From: an uncultured Flavobacteriaceae bacterium
Lineage (GTDB): Bacteria > Bacteroidota > Bacteroidia > Flavobacteriales > Flavobacteriaceae
DNA length: 64,000 nt
Reading direction: 5' to 3'
Assembly (NCBI GenBank): GCA_963715975.1
Contig: CAVQSO010000012.1
Location: 14,407 to 78,406 of the forward strand
Shown: in pieces, positions 1-10,957 of the stretch
Numbering within the stretch: position 1 is the first letter of the stretch
How the letters are laid out: each line of letters opens with the position of its first letter
Position numbers and translations under genes: made by a program
The notes under the pieces: model-generated
What the model was told of the DNA's origin: nothing
The model's database searches: none
What the model saw: the letters and a program-made list of their open reading frames with translations, nothing else

Positions 1-1231
1 GCCGGGAATTTTGAATCCATGCAAGCTGCCCTTGATAATGGAGCAGATTCTGTTTATTTTGGCGTAGAGCAATTGAATATGAGAGCAAGAGCCTCAATTA
101 ATTTTACGCTGGATGACCTGCCTGAGATCTCTATGAGATGTAAGGCAAAGAATGTCAGAACCTACTTGACATTGAATACCATCATCTATGACCATGATCT
201 TAGTATCGTAAAAACTTTATTAAAAAAAGCTAAAGAGGCTGATATCTCGGCCGTAATAGCCATGGATCAGGCCGTTATCGCCATGGCCAGGCAGGAAGGA
301 ATGGAAGTGCATATTTCCACCCAGATCAATATTACCAATATTGAAACTGTAAAATTCTATGCCATGTTTGCTGATACTGTTGTATTAAGCCGTGAATTGA
401 GTCTGCGTCAGGTAAAGAAGATCACCGAGCAAATAGAAAAAGAGGAGATCAAAGGACCATCCGGAAGGTTATTGGAAATTGAAATATTTGGACATGGTGC
501 GCTTTGTATGGCCGTATCGGGGAAGTGTTATATGAGTTTGCATTCCAGTAATTCATCAGCCAACCGAGGTGCCTGCAAACAAAATTGTAGAAAAAAATAT
601 ACGGTGATTGATCAGGAAACCGGTTTCGAAATGGAACTTGACAATGAATATATCATGTCGCCTAAAGACCTTTGTACCATTGATTTTCTTGATCAGGTGG
701 CTGATGCCGGAATTAAAGTGTTAAAAATAGAAGGAAGGGGCAGGGCTCCTGAATATGTGGCCAACGTGATCAAATCTTACAGACAGGCCATTGATGCTCT
801 GGCGGAAGGAACCTATGACAAGGAAAAAGTTATCGGATGGATGCTTGAACTTGAAAAGGTATACAACAGAGGTTTTTGGAACGGTTATTATTTGGGTCAA
901 AAACTTGGAGAGTGGAGCAAGGGATCAGGTTCTCATGCCACCCAGAAAAAAGTATACATTGGTAAAGGGGTTCACTTTTTCCCTAAAGCCAATATTGGAG
1001 AGTTTAAATTGGAAGCCTATGACCTTAAGTTAGGAGATAGGATTCTTATTACCGGGCCTACAACCGGGCGCAAAAGAACTTGATATTAAAGAAATGTTTG
1101 TCAATGATGAAAAGGGTGATCTGGCTAAAAGAGGTGACAATATAACTTTACCTCTTGAGTTCAGAATCAGACCTAATGATAAATTGTATAAAATAGTTGC
1201 TGTAGAGAAACCGGTTGAAACGGTACAATAA
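1..1231 (+). CDS. U32 family peptidase-like protein (TrhP/PrtC-like Fe-S hydroxylation family); 5' end outside window, frameshift near 1070
   Basis: AGNFES..AA.DNGADSVYFG start, LC.AVSGKC, NRGACKQNC and LKIEGRGR motifs. After GPTTG the C-terminus continues in another frame (AKELDIKEMFVN...IRPNDKLYKIV) to TAA at 1229-1231. Confidence 0.85.
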
Positions 1232-1262
1232 AGTCGTTAAAGCGCAGACTAAAATTTTAACA

Positions 1263-1448
1263 TTAGTGCAGATAGAATGTAAGTGCTGCAAACAGGGCTA
1301 TGGCCAAAAAAATTCCCAGAGCCACGATCCAAACCTTGTTATAATAAATCCTATGGAGTTTTATATCTTTTCGGTAACTCCATACCATTAGAATGATAAA
1401 AGCAATGGCAAAGATCGCCGCGAAAATAAGTTGTCCCCTACTAAACAT
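1263..1448 (-). CDS. small two-TM membrane protein (61 aa)
   Basis: ATG ORF with two hydrophobic segments; TACCTTTG -7 element about 20 bp upstream on the minus strand. Confidence 0.75.
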   Translation of the reverse strand: MFSRGQLIFAAIFAIAFIILMVWSYRKDIKLHRIYYNKVWIVALGIFLAIALFAALTFYLH

Positions 1449-1483
1449 TTTGGTTATATTTAAGGCTGCAAAGGTAAGACAAT

Positions 1484-2206
1484 ATGAGTAAAAATGCGAT
1501 CGTTTTTGGTGCTACCTCCGGAATAGGAAGAGAATTGGCAAAATTACTGGTAAAAGACGGGTATATGGTTCTTATCACCGGAAGGCGCCTTGAAATGTTG
1601 AATTCTCTCAAAGAGGAAAATCCTGATCAGTACCGGATCCGTCAGCATGATATTACTCATTTTAAGGATACAGAAAAGCTCTTTCAGGAAATCCCTTCTT
1701 TTTTTGACCATATTGACCTCATTGTACATAATTCAGGAATAGGTGAAAATAATTTCAACCTTGAATGGCAAAAGGACCTTCCTACCTTGGAAACCAATGT
1801 CATCGGGGCAACAATGATATACCAGGTTTCCTATAATTATTTTAGAAAACAGGGATTCGGTCATCTGGTCAGTATTACATCGATTGCCTCCTTAATCGGA
1901 AACAGACATATACCTGCTTACCATGCTTCCAAGGCCTATCAGTCAAATTATATGGAATCCTTATGGATGAAGGCCAAAAGAACAAAAAAGGCTAAAATCA
2001 CCGTTACCAATATACTTCCGGGTTATGTTGATACGGATATCATTGACGGGCCAACTTTTTGGATGGCACCTCTTGACAAGGCGGTGAAACAGATCTATAC
2101 GGCCATTAAAAAGAAAAAAAGAAAGGCATACATAACCAAAAGGTGGAGGTTGGTTGCCTTTATGATGAAAATAGTTCCACCTCAGGTAATCATAAAATAT
2201 TTATAA
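1484..2206 (+). CDS. SDR family NAD(P)-dependent oxidoreductase
   Basis: GATSGIG Rossmann motif, YxxxK (YHASK), ILPGYVDT. Confidence 0.9.
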   Translation: MSKNAIVFGATSGIGRELAKLLVKDGYMVLITGRRLEMLNSLKEENPDQYRIRQHDITHFKDTEKLFQEIPSFFDHIDLIVHNSGIGENNFNLEWQKDLPTLETNVIGATMIYQVSYNYFRKQGFGHLVSITSIASLIGNRHIPAYHASKAYQSNYMESLWMKAKRTKKAKITVTNILPGYVDTDIIDGPTFWMAPLDKAVKQIYTAIKKKKRKAYITKRWRLVAFMMKIVPPQVIIKYL

Positions 2207-2212
2207 GTTAAC

Positions 2213-2599
2213 ATGAAGAGAAAAATAAAGGCAGTTCAGGAATTTCACGAGTCGTTTGGTCTGGGTGTGTCCCATAGCCCTGTGGCAAGGCTGTCAGAAG
2301 AGAAATTGAAGTTGAGATTTGATTTGATGGACGAAGAGAATAGGGAATACCTGGAAGCTGCATTGAATGATGATTTAGTGGAGGTAGCAGATGCATTGGG
2401 AGATATGCTATATATTTTATGCGGTACAATTCTCGAACATGGCATGCAATACAAGATTGAAGAAGTTTTTAATGAGATTCAAAGAAGTAACATGAGTAAA
2501 CTGGGTGCAGATGGGAAACCTATTTATCGTGAGGATGGGAAAGTGATGAAAGGGCCGAACTATTTTAAACCGAACATTGTTTCCATTTTGGATAGATAA
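2213..2599 (+). CDS. MazG-like / PRA-PH nucleoside triphosphate pyrophosphohydrolase
   Basis: EE..E...A...DLVEVADALGD motif; SNMSKLG.DGKPIYREDGKV.K. Confidence 0.85.
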   Translation: MKRKIKAVQEFHESFGLGVSHSPVARLSEEKLKLRFDLMDEENREYLEAALNDDLVEVADALGDMLYILCGTILEHGMQYKIEEVFNEIQRSNMSKLGADGKPIYREDGKVMKGPNYFKPNIVSILDR

Positions 2600-2675
2600 A
2601 TATTTAACTTTGCAAAAATCTTAAGTATTTAAGAATTAAATAAATAATCGTTATTAAAATTTAATAAAAGCTAGT

Positions 2676-4766
2676 ATGAAATTATTGAAAAATGAATTTT
2701 TAATATTTGCCATGTTTATGGTGCTTTTTGTTTCCTGTAAAAAAGAGGAAATTCAAACCGAAGAGAAAATTCCGGGAATTGTTGTTGAGAATATGGATAA
2801 TACGGTTAGCCCCTCCGATGACTTCTTCAGATATGTCAACGGTTCTTGGGTAGACAAAACAGAAATTCCTGCAGATAGGACTTCCTGGGGAAGTTTTAAT
2901 GAGTTGCGTAAAAAAACAGATTCAGAAGTACTCACCATAATGAATAAGGCCATAGAGGAAGATAATTTTCCTAAACTCAAAGATGCGGAAGGCAACCTGA
3001 CAATGGAATCGGATCAGAAAAAAGCCGTCAATTTTTATGAGACAATTATGGATACGATTTCTAGGAATGAACAGGGAACAGATCCGTTAAAACCATTCTT
3101 GGAAAGAATAGAGAAATTAGAAAACATAAATGATCTTCAACAGCTGATGATCGAACTGGAACCTTATGGAGGTATTGGATACTTCAATTTTTCTGTATTC
3201 AATGATTTGAAAAACAGTAAGATGAATGCAGGCTATATAGTTCCGGCAGGACTGGGATTATCTCGTGATTATTACGTAGACCAAGATGAAAATACCAAAG
3301 AAAAACGCACGAAGTATAAGGCCCATATTGCAAGAATGTTGCAGTTTTTTGGAGAAAAGGAGGAAGATGCTGCTGCAAAGGCCGAAAGAATTTTTCAGTA
3401 TGAATACGAACTGGCGGTGCCAAGGCTAACCAAAGAAGAAAGACGGGATACAAGAAATCTATACAATCCAATGACAATGTCAGAATTATCTGAAATGACT
3501 CCTTCGGTTGACTGGAAGACCTATATGGAAGGAATTGGAGTTACAGAAGCAGATACAATTATTGTAATGCAGCCAGTATATATGAAGGCCGTTGAGGAAA
3601 TTTTAAATAACAGCGATCTGGAAGACATTAAATTATACTTGAAATGGACGGCAATAGATCGGGCTGCAGGTATGTTGAGTAATGAAATTGAAGTGGCTAA
3701 CTGGGAATTTTACAGCAAAGAGTTAAGAGGAGCTAAAGAGCAGCGTCCCAGAGATGAACGTGCACTGGCTTCTATCAATGGTGTTATCGGAGAAGCTTTA
3801 GGAAAGTTATATGTAGAAAAGACATTTCCTCCTGAAGCTAAGGCAAAGGCTGTTGAGATGATTGAAAATGTTATGCTTGCCTACGACAGCAGGATAAGAG
3901 GTTTGGATTGGATGAGTGAGGAAACAAAGGAAAAGGCATTGGATAAACTGAATAAAATGACTGTCAAGATAGCTTATCCTGATGAATGGAAAGACTATGC
4001 TGCATTGGAAGTACTCAGTGCAGAAGATGGTGGAACTTATTTCCAGAATTCAGTTAATGCGAAAAAGTGGAATTTTGAAAAAGACCTCGCCAAGTTAGGT
4101 AAACCGGTTGATCGCAAAGAGTGGGGTATGTCTCCTCAAACGGTCAATGCTTATTTTAATCCACTGAATAATGAGATTGTGTTTCCTGCAGCAATCCTAC
4201 AGCCTCCATTTTATAATTACCAGGCAGATGAAGCAGTTAACTACGGTGGAATCGGGGCAGTAATCGGTCATGAAATTTCTCACTGTTTCGACGATTCAGG
4301 TTCTAGATTTGACGGAGATGGAAACTTGAAGGATTGGTGGACACCTGAGGACCTTGAGAAATTTTCAGCCTTGGGAAAAGAATTGGCAGATCAATACAGC
4401 AAAGTTCAAGTATATGAGGATGTGAACTTAAATGGAGAATTCACCTTAGGGGAGAATATTGGTGATCTGGGAGGTATCAACGCTGCCTACGACGGGCTTC
4501 AATTGTTTTATGAGAAAAACGGCAGACCAGAAGATATAGATGGGTTTACAGCAGAGCAAAGATTTTTCATGTCCTGGGCAACAGTATGGCGCAGCAAGAT
4601 GAGAGAGGAGGCATTGAGGAACCTGATCAAAACGGATCCGCATGCTCCAGCTATGTACAGAGCTTATATGCCTTTACAGAACGTGGACGCTTTTTATACT
4701 AGTTTTGATATCAAGGAAGGTGACAAAATGTATTTGGAACCTGAAAATAGAGTTAAGATTTGGTAA
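2676..4766 (+). CDS. pepO: M13 family metalloendopeptidase (PepO/neprilysin-like), lipoprotein
   Basis: Lipobox FVSC, DDFFRYVNG, VNAYF, GHEISH zinc motif, GENIGD. Confidence 0.92.
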   Translation: MKLLKNEFLIFAMFMVLFVSCKKEEIQTEEKIPGIVVENMDNTVSPSDDFFRYVNGSWVDKTEIPADRTSWGSFNELRKKTDSEVLTIMNKAIEEDNFPKLKDAEGNLTMESDQKKAVNFYETIMDTISRNEQGTDPLKPFLERIEKLENINDLQQLMIELEPYGGIGYFNFSVFNDLKNSKMNAGYIVPAGLGLSRDYYVDQDENTKEKRTKYKAHIARMLQFFGEKEEDAAAKAERIFQYEYELAVPRLTKEERRDTRNLYNPMTMSELSEMTPSVDWKTYMEGIGVTEADTIIVMQPVYMKAVEEILNNSDLEDIKLYLKWTAIDRAAGMLSNEIEVANWEFYSKELRGAKEQRPRDERALASINGVIGEALGKLYVEKTFPPEAKAKAVEMIENVMLAYDSRIRGLDWMSEETKEKALDKLNKMTVKIAYPDEWKDYAALEVLSAEDGGTYFQNSVNAKKWNFEKDLAKLGKPVDRKEWGMSPQTVNAYFNPLNNEIVFPAAILQPPFYNYQADEAVNYGGIGAVIGHEISHCFDDSGSRFDGDGNLKDWWTPEDLEKFSALGKELADQYSKVQVYEDVNLNGEFTLGENIGDLGGINAAYDGLQLFYEKNGRPEDIDGFTAEQRFFMSWATVWRSKMREEALRNLIKTDPHAPAMYRAYMPLQNVDAFYTSFDIKEGDKMYLEPENRVKIW

Positions 4767-4808
4767 ATCAATTTTAAATTTTGAAATACCTAAACTGGTA
4801 TAAACGAG

Positions 4809-4845
4809 AAAAGCCCTGACATAATCAATATGTCAGGGCTTTTTT
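4809..4845. terminator. bidirectional intrinsic terminator between convergent pepO and ilvE
   Basis: aaaagccctgacata-atcaa-tatgtcagggctttttt inverted repeat with A and T tails. Confidence 0.85.
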
Positions 4846-4879
4846 GGGATATTTGGCGGAGGTACTGTGTCCTTGTCAA

Positions 4880-5950
4880 TTACTCCACTCTGACTCTCCA
4901 ACCAAATTTATCATCTGATCGGTTGTACTGTATGTCGGTAATTTGTTTTTTCAACGCAGCGGCATAAGTATCTTCCAATTCAGGAAGCGTAAAGTCTTGA
5001 TCCTTATAGCCGAACCCTGCAATTGGAGAAATAACAGCTGCAGTTCCTGCCCCGAACATTTCCTTTAGACTTCCATTTTCAGAAGCTTCAATGATTTCAT
5101 GAACAGAAATATTTCTCACCTCAACGGGGATACCCTGGTCCTTTGCCAATTCAATAATACTTTTTCTGGTTACACCATCAAGTATTCTGTCACTGGTCGG
5201 CGCTGTGACGAGCGTGTCATTTATACGGACAAATATATTCATTGCACCGGCCTCCTCAATGTTTTCATGCGTTGTATCATCGGTCCAGATAACTTGTTGA
5301 TACCCTTTTTGAATGGCAAGATTCGTAGGATAGAACTGACCCGCATAGTTTCCACCGGCTTTGGCGAAGCCTACACCTCCATTGGCCGATCTTGAATACT
5401 GCTGCTCGATCAACACTTTCAATTTCCCTCCAAAGTAAGGTCCGGAAGGAGAGCAGGCAATGATAAATTTATATTTATTTGAAGGTGATGCGTGAAATCC
5501 GTTCCCTGAGGCAAACATAAATGGTCTGATATACAGGGAGCTGTTTTTTGTTGTTGGGATCCAGTCCTTTTCCAGTAGTAAAAGTGCTTCAAGTCCTTCC
5601 ATAAAATAAGCTTCCGGAAGTTCTGGCATCGCCAATCTTTTTGCCGAAATATTTAACCTTTTTTGATTGTCACGAGGTCTGAATAACCAGATAGCATCCT
5701 GTTCATCCTTATAGGCTTTCATACCTTCAAAGATCGATTGTCCGTAATGAAATATTTTTGCAGACGGATCAAGACTTATATTTTGGTATGGGATTATTTT
5801 AGGACTGCTCCATTTGCCATTTTCATAATCACAAACGAGCATATGATCGGTATAGACTTGTCCAAAAGGCAGATTGTCAAAATCTACCTGACTGATTTTT
5901 GAATTCTTCGTCTTTTCTATGGTGATCTTATGACTTACTTCTAAACTCAT
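4880..5950 (-). CDS. ilvE: branched-chain amino acid aminotransferase
   Basis: HYGQSIFEGMKAY, LYIRP, AKAGGNY, EEAGAMN, ILDGVTR, GAGTAA. Confidence 0.95.
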   Translation of the reverse strand: MSLEVSHKITIEKTKNSKISQVDFDNLPFGQVYTDHMLVCDYENGKWSSPKIIPYQNISLDPSAKIFHYGQSIFEGMKAYKDEQDAIWLFRPRDNQKRLNISAKRLAMPELPEAYFMEGLEALLLLEKDWIPTTKNSSLYIRPFMFASGNGFHASPSNKYKFIIACSPSGPYFGGKLKVLIEQQYSRSANGGVGFAKAGGNYAGQFYPTNLAIQKGYQQVIWTDDTTHENIEEAGAMNIFVRINDTLVTAPTSDRILDGVTRKSIIELAKDQGIPVEVRNISVHEIIEASENGSLKEMFGAGTAAVISPIAGFGYKDQDFTLPELEDTYAAALKKQITDIQYNRSDDKFGWRVRVE

Positions 5951-6162
5951 GATACTTGTATTTTTGACAAAAGTAATTATTATCGATCAAAAAATGTAGA
6001 AATGGCTTTTTTTTATGCAGATGTAACGGCTCTTTAATGGACTTATTTTTTCACGAAAATCCAAACTCATTTTAATTGGTAAGAACTTTTCCTGTGGTTA
6101 ATTCTGTGGGGACTCGTTATTCAAAGCATTTTAATTCTTTACCTTTGCTCCGATTTCAACAA

Positions 6163-6841
6163 ATGGAAAGAAAGATCATACAAACTTCAGACGGCTCCTC
6201 AAGTGTTTATTTGCCGCAATGGGATGAAAATTATCATTCTAAGCATGGCGCAATTCAGGAGGCCTATCATGTATTTATCAAGAGCGGTTTAGATCTTTTT
6301 AAAGATGGAAGCAAGCTTGGTATCCTTGAAATGGGTTTTGGAACAGGGCTCAATTGCATGATCACTTATTTGGAAGCAAAAAAGAGAAATCTTACTATAG
6401 ATTATCAAGGTCTTGAAGGCTATCCTTTAGAAACAGAATTGATTTTTGAATTAAATCACCTGGAACAACTCAAGGCCGAACATGAGTCAATAGTTTATCA
6501 AAGTATACAAACCTCTGATTGGGATGTAAGGGTAAAGATGCACCCTCAGTTTGATTTGACTAAAAGAGAGATCATGTTTGAGGACTATCAGGGGAAAGAG
6601 GTTGTTGACTTGATCTATTTTGATGCCTTTGGTGCAAGGGTTCAACCTGAACTATGGACGGAAACGCATTTTTAAGAAGATGTATGAAGCTTTGAAGATC
6701 GATGGTATAATCGTAACTTATGCAGCAAAAGGAAGCGTTAGAAGAGCCATGCAGGCTGTCGGGTTCAAAGTAGAACGATTGCCGGGCCCTCCTGGTAAAA
6801 GGGAAATGCTCAGAGGAATAAAATCCCTGACTACAGAGTAA
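6163..6841 (+). CDS. mnmD: MnmC-like tRNA methyltransferase domain protein; frameshift near 6665
   Basis: DGSSS...ENYHSKHGAIQEAYHVFI, ILEMGFGTGLN, YFDAF; continues in another frame as TYAAKGSVRRAM...PGPPGKREM. Confidence 0.85.
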
Positions 6842-6878
6842 TAAATGAATCACCGTACACTTGTAAATTGAAAATAGA

Positions 6879-7556
6879 TTGAAATATTTAAAGCAGTTCA
6901 TTAGAGAAAAAAGCGTCTTATTTTTATTGGTTCCGTTTCTTTTTGGAATACTGTTTTTGTTGATCGGTTATGGGAAGGGACCTTCACATTTATTGGTAAA
7001 CCAATGGAATTCTCCCTTAATGGACACTTTTTTTAAATACATCACATATCTTGGGGATGGGGCCGTATTTGCTCTTGTGATATTTGTTTTGGCTTTTGTC
7101 AGATTTCGATGGGCATTGTATGAACTCATGGCAGCACTCATGACGCTGATCTTTGTTTTTATCACCAAACAAATCCTTTTTAACGGAATGCCAAGACCCA
7201 CAAAATATTTTGAAAATCAGGAGACTCTTCATCTGGTAGAGGGCGTAAAAATGCATTCCTGGAATAGTTTTCCTTCTGGTCACACCATTACAGCTTTCGC
7301 CATTTTTATGATCCTGGTTCTTGTCGTTAAAAATAAGTATTTAAAATTGCTCTTTGTCATGATTGCTATCCTGGCGGGTTATTCCAGGGTATACTTATCA
7401 CAGCATTTTTTGGGAGATATATTTTCAGGAGCCATCATTGGAAGTTTGATCGCAGTTTGTAGTTGTGCTCTTGTAGATGCTATGGGTATATTTAAAAAGG
7501 CGACTTGGATCGATAAAAATTTATCACAATTATTTGGTAAGAAACATGAACAATAA
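6879..7556 (+). CDS. PAP2 family membrane phosphatase
   Basis: K..F...PRP, SFPSGH and SRVYLSQH catalytic motifs; several TM helices. Confidence 0.9.
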   Translation: MKYLKQFIREKSVLFLLVPFLFGILFLLIGYGKGPSHLLVNQWNSPLMDTFFKYITYLGDGAVFALVIFVLAFVRFRWALYELMAALMTLIFVFITKQILFNGMPRPTKYFENQETLHLVEGVKMHSWNSFPSGHTITAFAIFMILVLVVKNKYLKLLFVMIAILAGYSRVYLSQHFLGDIFSGAIIGSLIAVCSCALVDAMGIFKKATWIDKNLSQLFGKKHEQ

Positions 7557-9075
7557 GCAAAAACTAGGTCTACTTTTACTCATTTCCACTGTGATCAGAA
7601 TGGTTGTTGGTGACAGCATTCAATTGGGTAATGATGAAGTCTATTATTGGACCTATGCAAAGTATCCTGACTGGAGCCATTTTGACCATCCCCCAATGGT
7701 TGGATTTTTTGAGCAACTTTTTACACTAAATCTGTTTTTTGAATCAGAATTGGCTTTACGACTTGGTTTTATTGTCTCCGGAACCCTCAGTACTTTATTG
7801 ATGTATTTAATAGGGAAGGAGATCAAGAATGAAAGAACCGGACTCATAGCTGCTGTTCTGTTTAACACAAGTATTTATGGGTTTATCATCAGTGGTCTTT
7901 TTATTATGCCCGATGGACCAATGGTTTTGTTTTGGATGACCTCACTCTTATTTTTTATCAAATACCAAAAAGCTACGGAAAAGCGAAAAATAAATTTGTT
8001 CCTTAGCCTCTCCCTGATCAGCGTTTCCCTTGGAATTTATTCCAAATATCAGTCTGTATATTTGCTTTTCGGCTATGGCCTTTTTTGGCTGCTCTATAAA
8101 AGAGATCAGCTTAAGAATCCAATTCTATACCTGAATTTGTGCTTTACGGCTCTTATTGTTTTTGTTATTTTTTATTGGAATTACCTGCATAGTTTTAGCG
8201 GGATGAGCTATCACTCAGAGCGAGTAACCCTGTTTAGCCTCGATTTTAATCTGGATTCTTTCTTAAGAGAGGTGGTAGGGCAGATTGCCTATAACAATCC
8301 CTATAACTATATTGTAATTTTGATGGCACTTTTCGCTTTCAAAAGGAAAAAGTTTATAGACCTTCCATATTTTAGATTATTACTTTTGATCAGTGTACCA
8401 CTTATTGTGACTACGCTCTTCTTTTCTCTTTACAGGGATACCCTTCCTCATTGGTCAGGAGCAGCCTTTCTTTCTCTGGCTATTTTAGCTGCAGCTCATC
8501 TTTCAGATCGATCTAAAACTCTGATGTTGACCGTAACCCTAGGATTGATATTTTCTCTTGTTTTACTGGGAATGGGTGTAGTAAATAGGGGCTGGGGCAT
8601 TGACGCGAAAATAGCCGAACAAGAAAAAACAAAAATGGGTAAAAATGATCCCACCTTAGATATGTTTGGTTGGGATCAGTTTAAAAATGAATTGACCACC
8701 TTGGAAGCTGAAAGACCTGAATTGGTTGGCCTGCCGCTTGTTTCGAATAAGTGGTATCCCGGATCTCATTTGTTCTATTATGTGGCTCGACCAATGGGTA
8801 AAAGTATTTACGTTCTTGGAGACATGAAGGACATGCATAAGTACTTTTGGATCAATGAGGAAATGCCACCTTTAACGGAGGGTCAACCGGGTATTTATAT
8901 CACATATAGCAGAAATTTTAAAGATCCGGGGAAAGTCATGAACTCATATTTTGAACAGATGACATTGTTGAAGGAATTTCCTGTATTAAGGTCAGACAGG
9001 ACAGTGGAATACGGCTATATTTATTTGCTTCAAGGTTATAAAAATATTAACTTAGAGGGACAAATAAAAGACTGA
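7546..9075 (+). CDS. ArnT/PMT-like GT-C fold glycosyltransferase
   Basis: NDEVYYW...DWSHFDHPPMVG, MPDGP, SKY motifs; polytopic membrane protein; overlaps the PAP2 stop. Confidence 0.85.
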   Translation: MNNKQKLGLLLLISTVIRMVVGDSIQLGNDEVYYWTYAKYPDWSHFDHPPMVGFFEQLFTLNLFFESELALRLGFIVSGTLSTLLMYLIGKEIKNERTGLIAAVLFNTSIYGFIISGLFIMPDGPMVLFWMTSLLFFIKYQKATEKRKINLFLSLSLISVSLGIYSKYQSVYLLFGYGLFWLLYKRDQLKNPILYLNLCFTALIVFVIFYWNYLHSFSGMSYHSERVTLFSLDFNLDSFLREVVGQIAYNNPYNYIVILMALFAFKRKKFIDLPYFRLLLLISVPLIVTTLFFSLYRDTLPHWSGAAFLSLAILAAAHLSDRSKTLMLTVTLGLIFSLVLLGMGVVNRGWGIDAKIAEQEKTKMGKNDPTLDMFGWDQFKNELTTLEAERPELVGLPLVSNKWYPGSHLFYYVARPMGKSIYVLGDMKDMHKYFWINEEMPPLTEGQPGIYITYSRNFKDPGKVMNSYFEQMTLLKEFPVLRSDRTVEYGYIYLLQGYKNINLEGQIKD

Positions 9076-9079
9076 TGTT

Positions 9080-9220
9080 ATGACTGAAGCTAAATTCGTA
9101 AAACGTAAAAAACCCAACTACGTCAGGGCGATTATTCTTTTCGTTATTTTAATACTGGTTATTTTTCTGTTTTATAATGTAGAAACCTTATTCTCTTTTT
9201 TGTTTGAGGTCAAAGAATAG
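9080..9220 (+). CDS. small single-TM protein, 46 aa (MTEAKFVKRKKPNYVRAIILFVILILVIFLFYNVETLFSFLFEVKE), not in ORF track
   Basis: Manual translation; ATG 4 bp after the glycosyltransferase stop; basic N-terminus followed by a TM helix. Confidence 0.65.
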   Translation: MTEAKFVKRKKPNYVRAIILFVILILVIFLFYNVETLFSFLFEVKE

Positions 9221-9305
9221 CAGATAACTGTTAGTTAAAACGATTGTGCCTTTTAACAAAGAAATATAGGCGAGTAGTTGGCGACTTGTCTGAAAATGTT
9301 ATGCC

Positions 9306-10307
9306 TTAGTCAATGTTTTCATTGAGCATTTCCCACAGCTTGTCTTTTAATTCTGTTAATCCTGTTCGATCAATGGATGAAATGAATACATAGGGAAGAT
9401 CTTTTGGAATTTCAGGAATCAATTCTGATTTTAATTCTTCATCCAGCATATCCGATTTGGAAATCGCCAGCAACCTGTCTTTGTCGAGCAATTCAGGATT
9501 GTGTTTCTTAAGTTCATTGAGCAGAATGTCATATTCCTTTTGAATATTGTCGCTATCCGCGGGAATCATAAACAGTAAACTTGAGTTTCTTTCAATATGT
9601 CTGAGAAAGCGATGTCCCAATCCCTTTCCTTCTGCGGCACCCTCAATGATACCGGGAATATCAGCCATGACAAAACTTCTGAAATCACGATATTCAACGA
9701 TTCCTAAATTGGGTTTTAAGGTGGTAAATTCATAATCGGCTATTTTTGGTTTAGCCGATGTGATTACCGATAGTAAAGTAGATTTTCCTGCATTCGGAAA
9801 ACCAACGAGACCGACATCGGCAAGGAGTTTTAATTCGAGTTGATACCAGCCCTCTGAACCTGCTACTCCGGGCTGTGCATATCTGGGTGTCTGATTTGTT
9901 GATGATCTGAAATGCCAGTTTCCACGACCTCCCATTCCTCCTTCAGCAAGAACTACTTCCTCGCCATCATCTGTGATCTCAAAAAGTACCTCTTGTGTTT
10001 CACTATCCTTGACGATTGTCCCGAGAGGTACATTGACATAGATATCTTCACCGTCTTTCCCGGTACTTCTGTTTTTACTTCCGGCACCTCCGTGTTCAGC
10101 CTTAAAATGTTTTTTGAACTTAAGATGGAACAGGGTCCACATATTCTTGTCACCACGCAGGATCACATGTCCTCCACGACCTCCATCTCCTCCATCAGGA
10201 CCTCCTTTTGTGATGTATTTTTCCCTGTGCAAATGCACGGAACCTTTACCCCCGTTTCCGGAAGCGGCAAAGATCTTAATATAATCAACAAAATTTCCTT
10301 CTGTCAT
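9306..10307 (-). CDS. obgE: GTPase ObgE
   Basis: [12 protein letters not shown] Obg fold, [12 protein letters not shown]. Confidence 0.97.
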   Translation of the reverse strand: MTEGNFVDYIKIFAASGNGGKGSVHLHREKYITKGGPDGGDGGRGGHVILRGDKNMWTLFHLKFKKHFKAEHGGAGSKNRSTGKDGEDIYVNVPLGTIVKDSETQEVLFEITDDGEEVVLAEGGMGGRGNWHFRSSTNQTPRYAQPGVAGSEGWYQLELKLLADVGLVGFPNAGKSTLLSVITSAKPKIADYEFTTLKPNLGIVEYRDFRSFVMADIPGIIEGAAEGKGLGHRFLRHIERNSSLLFMIPADSDNIQKEYDILLNELKKHNPELLDKDRLLAISKSDMLDEELKSELIPEIPKDLPYVFISSIDRTGLTELKDKLWEMLNENID

Positions 10308-10349
10308 AACGGTTGATAAAGAGGTTAATTTTTAGTGACGGATTATCCG

Positions 10350-10922
10350 TTACAGTTTATTGATCACTTCTTCCAACTTAGAAGTGATGTCATTTATAGA
10401 ACCTACACCATCAATTCCAAAATATTTATTTTGTCTTTGATAATACTCTTTTAATATTGCAGTTTTCGACTCGTATTCATTAAAACGATTTCTGATCTTA
10501 CTTTCGTCCTGATCATCAGGTCGTCCACTGGTTTTTCCTCTGTTCAGCAATCTTTCCACAAGCAGGTTCTCAGGAACTTCAAGGGCGACCATACCGCTGA
10601 TGCTTGTATTTTTTTCCTTAAGGAATTCGTCGAGTGATGCTGCTTGTGATTCTGTTCTTGGGAACCCATCAAATATAAAGCCATTGGCATCAGGATTGTT
10701 GTTCACTTCTGCTTTCAACATGTCTATGGTAACTTGATCCGGAACGAGATTTCCATTATCCATGTAGGATTTAGCCAACATACCTAATTCTGTTTTATTT
10801 TTAATATTAAACCTAAAAACGTCACCAGTAGAGATGTGAATCAAATTGTATTTATTTTTTAATAAATCTGCCTGAGTACCTTTTCCTGCTCCAGGAGGTC
10901 CGAACAATACTATATTTTTCAT
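10350..10922 (-). CDS. adk: adenylate kinase
   Basis: GPPGAGKGTQ, HISTGD, FDGFPRT. Confidence 0.97.
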   Translation of the reverse strand: MKNIVLFGPPGAGKGTQADLLKNKYNLIHISTGDVFRFNIKNKTELGMLAKSYMDNGNLVPDQVTIDMLKAEVNNNPDANGFIFDGFPRTESQAASLDEFLKEKNTSISGMVALEVPENLLVERLLNRGKTSGRPDDQDESKIRNRFNEYESKTAILKEYYQRQNKYFGIDGVGSINDITSKLEEVINKL

Positions 10923-10957
10923 GTCAATTAAATTATATCTGTATTTTTTTGTTCAAT

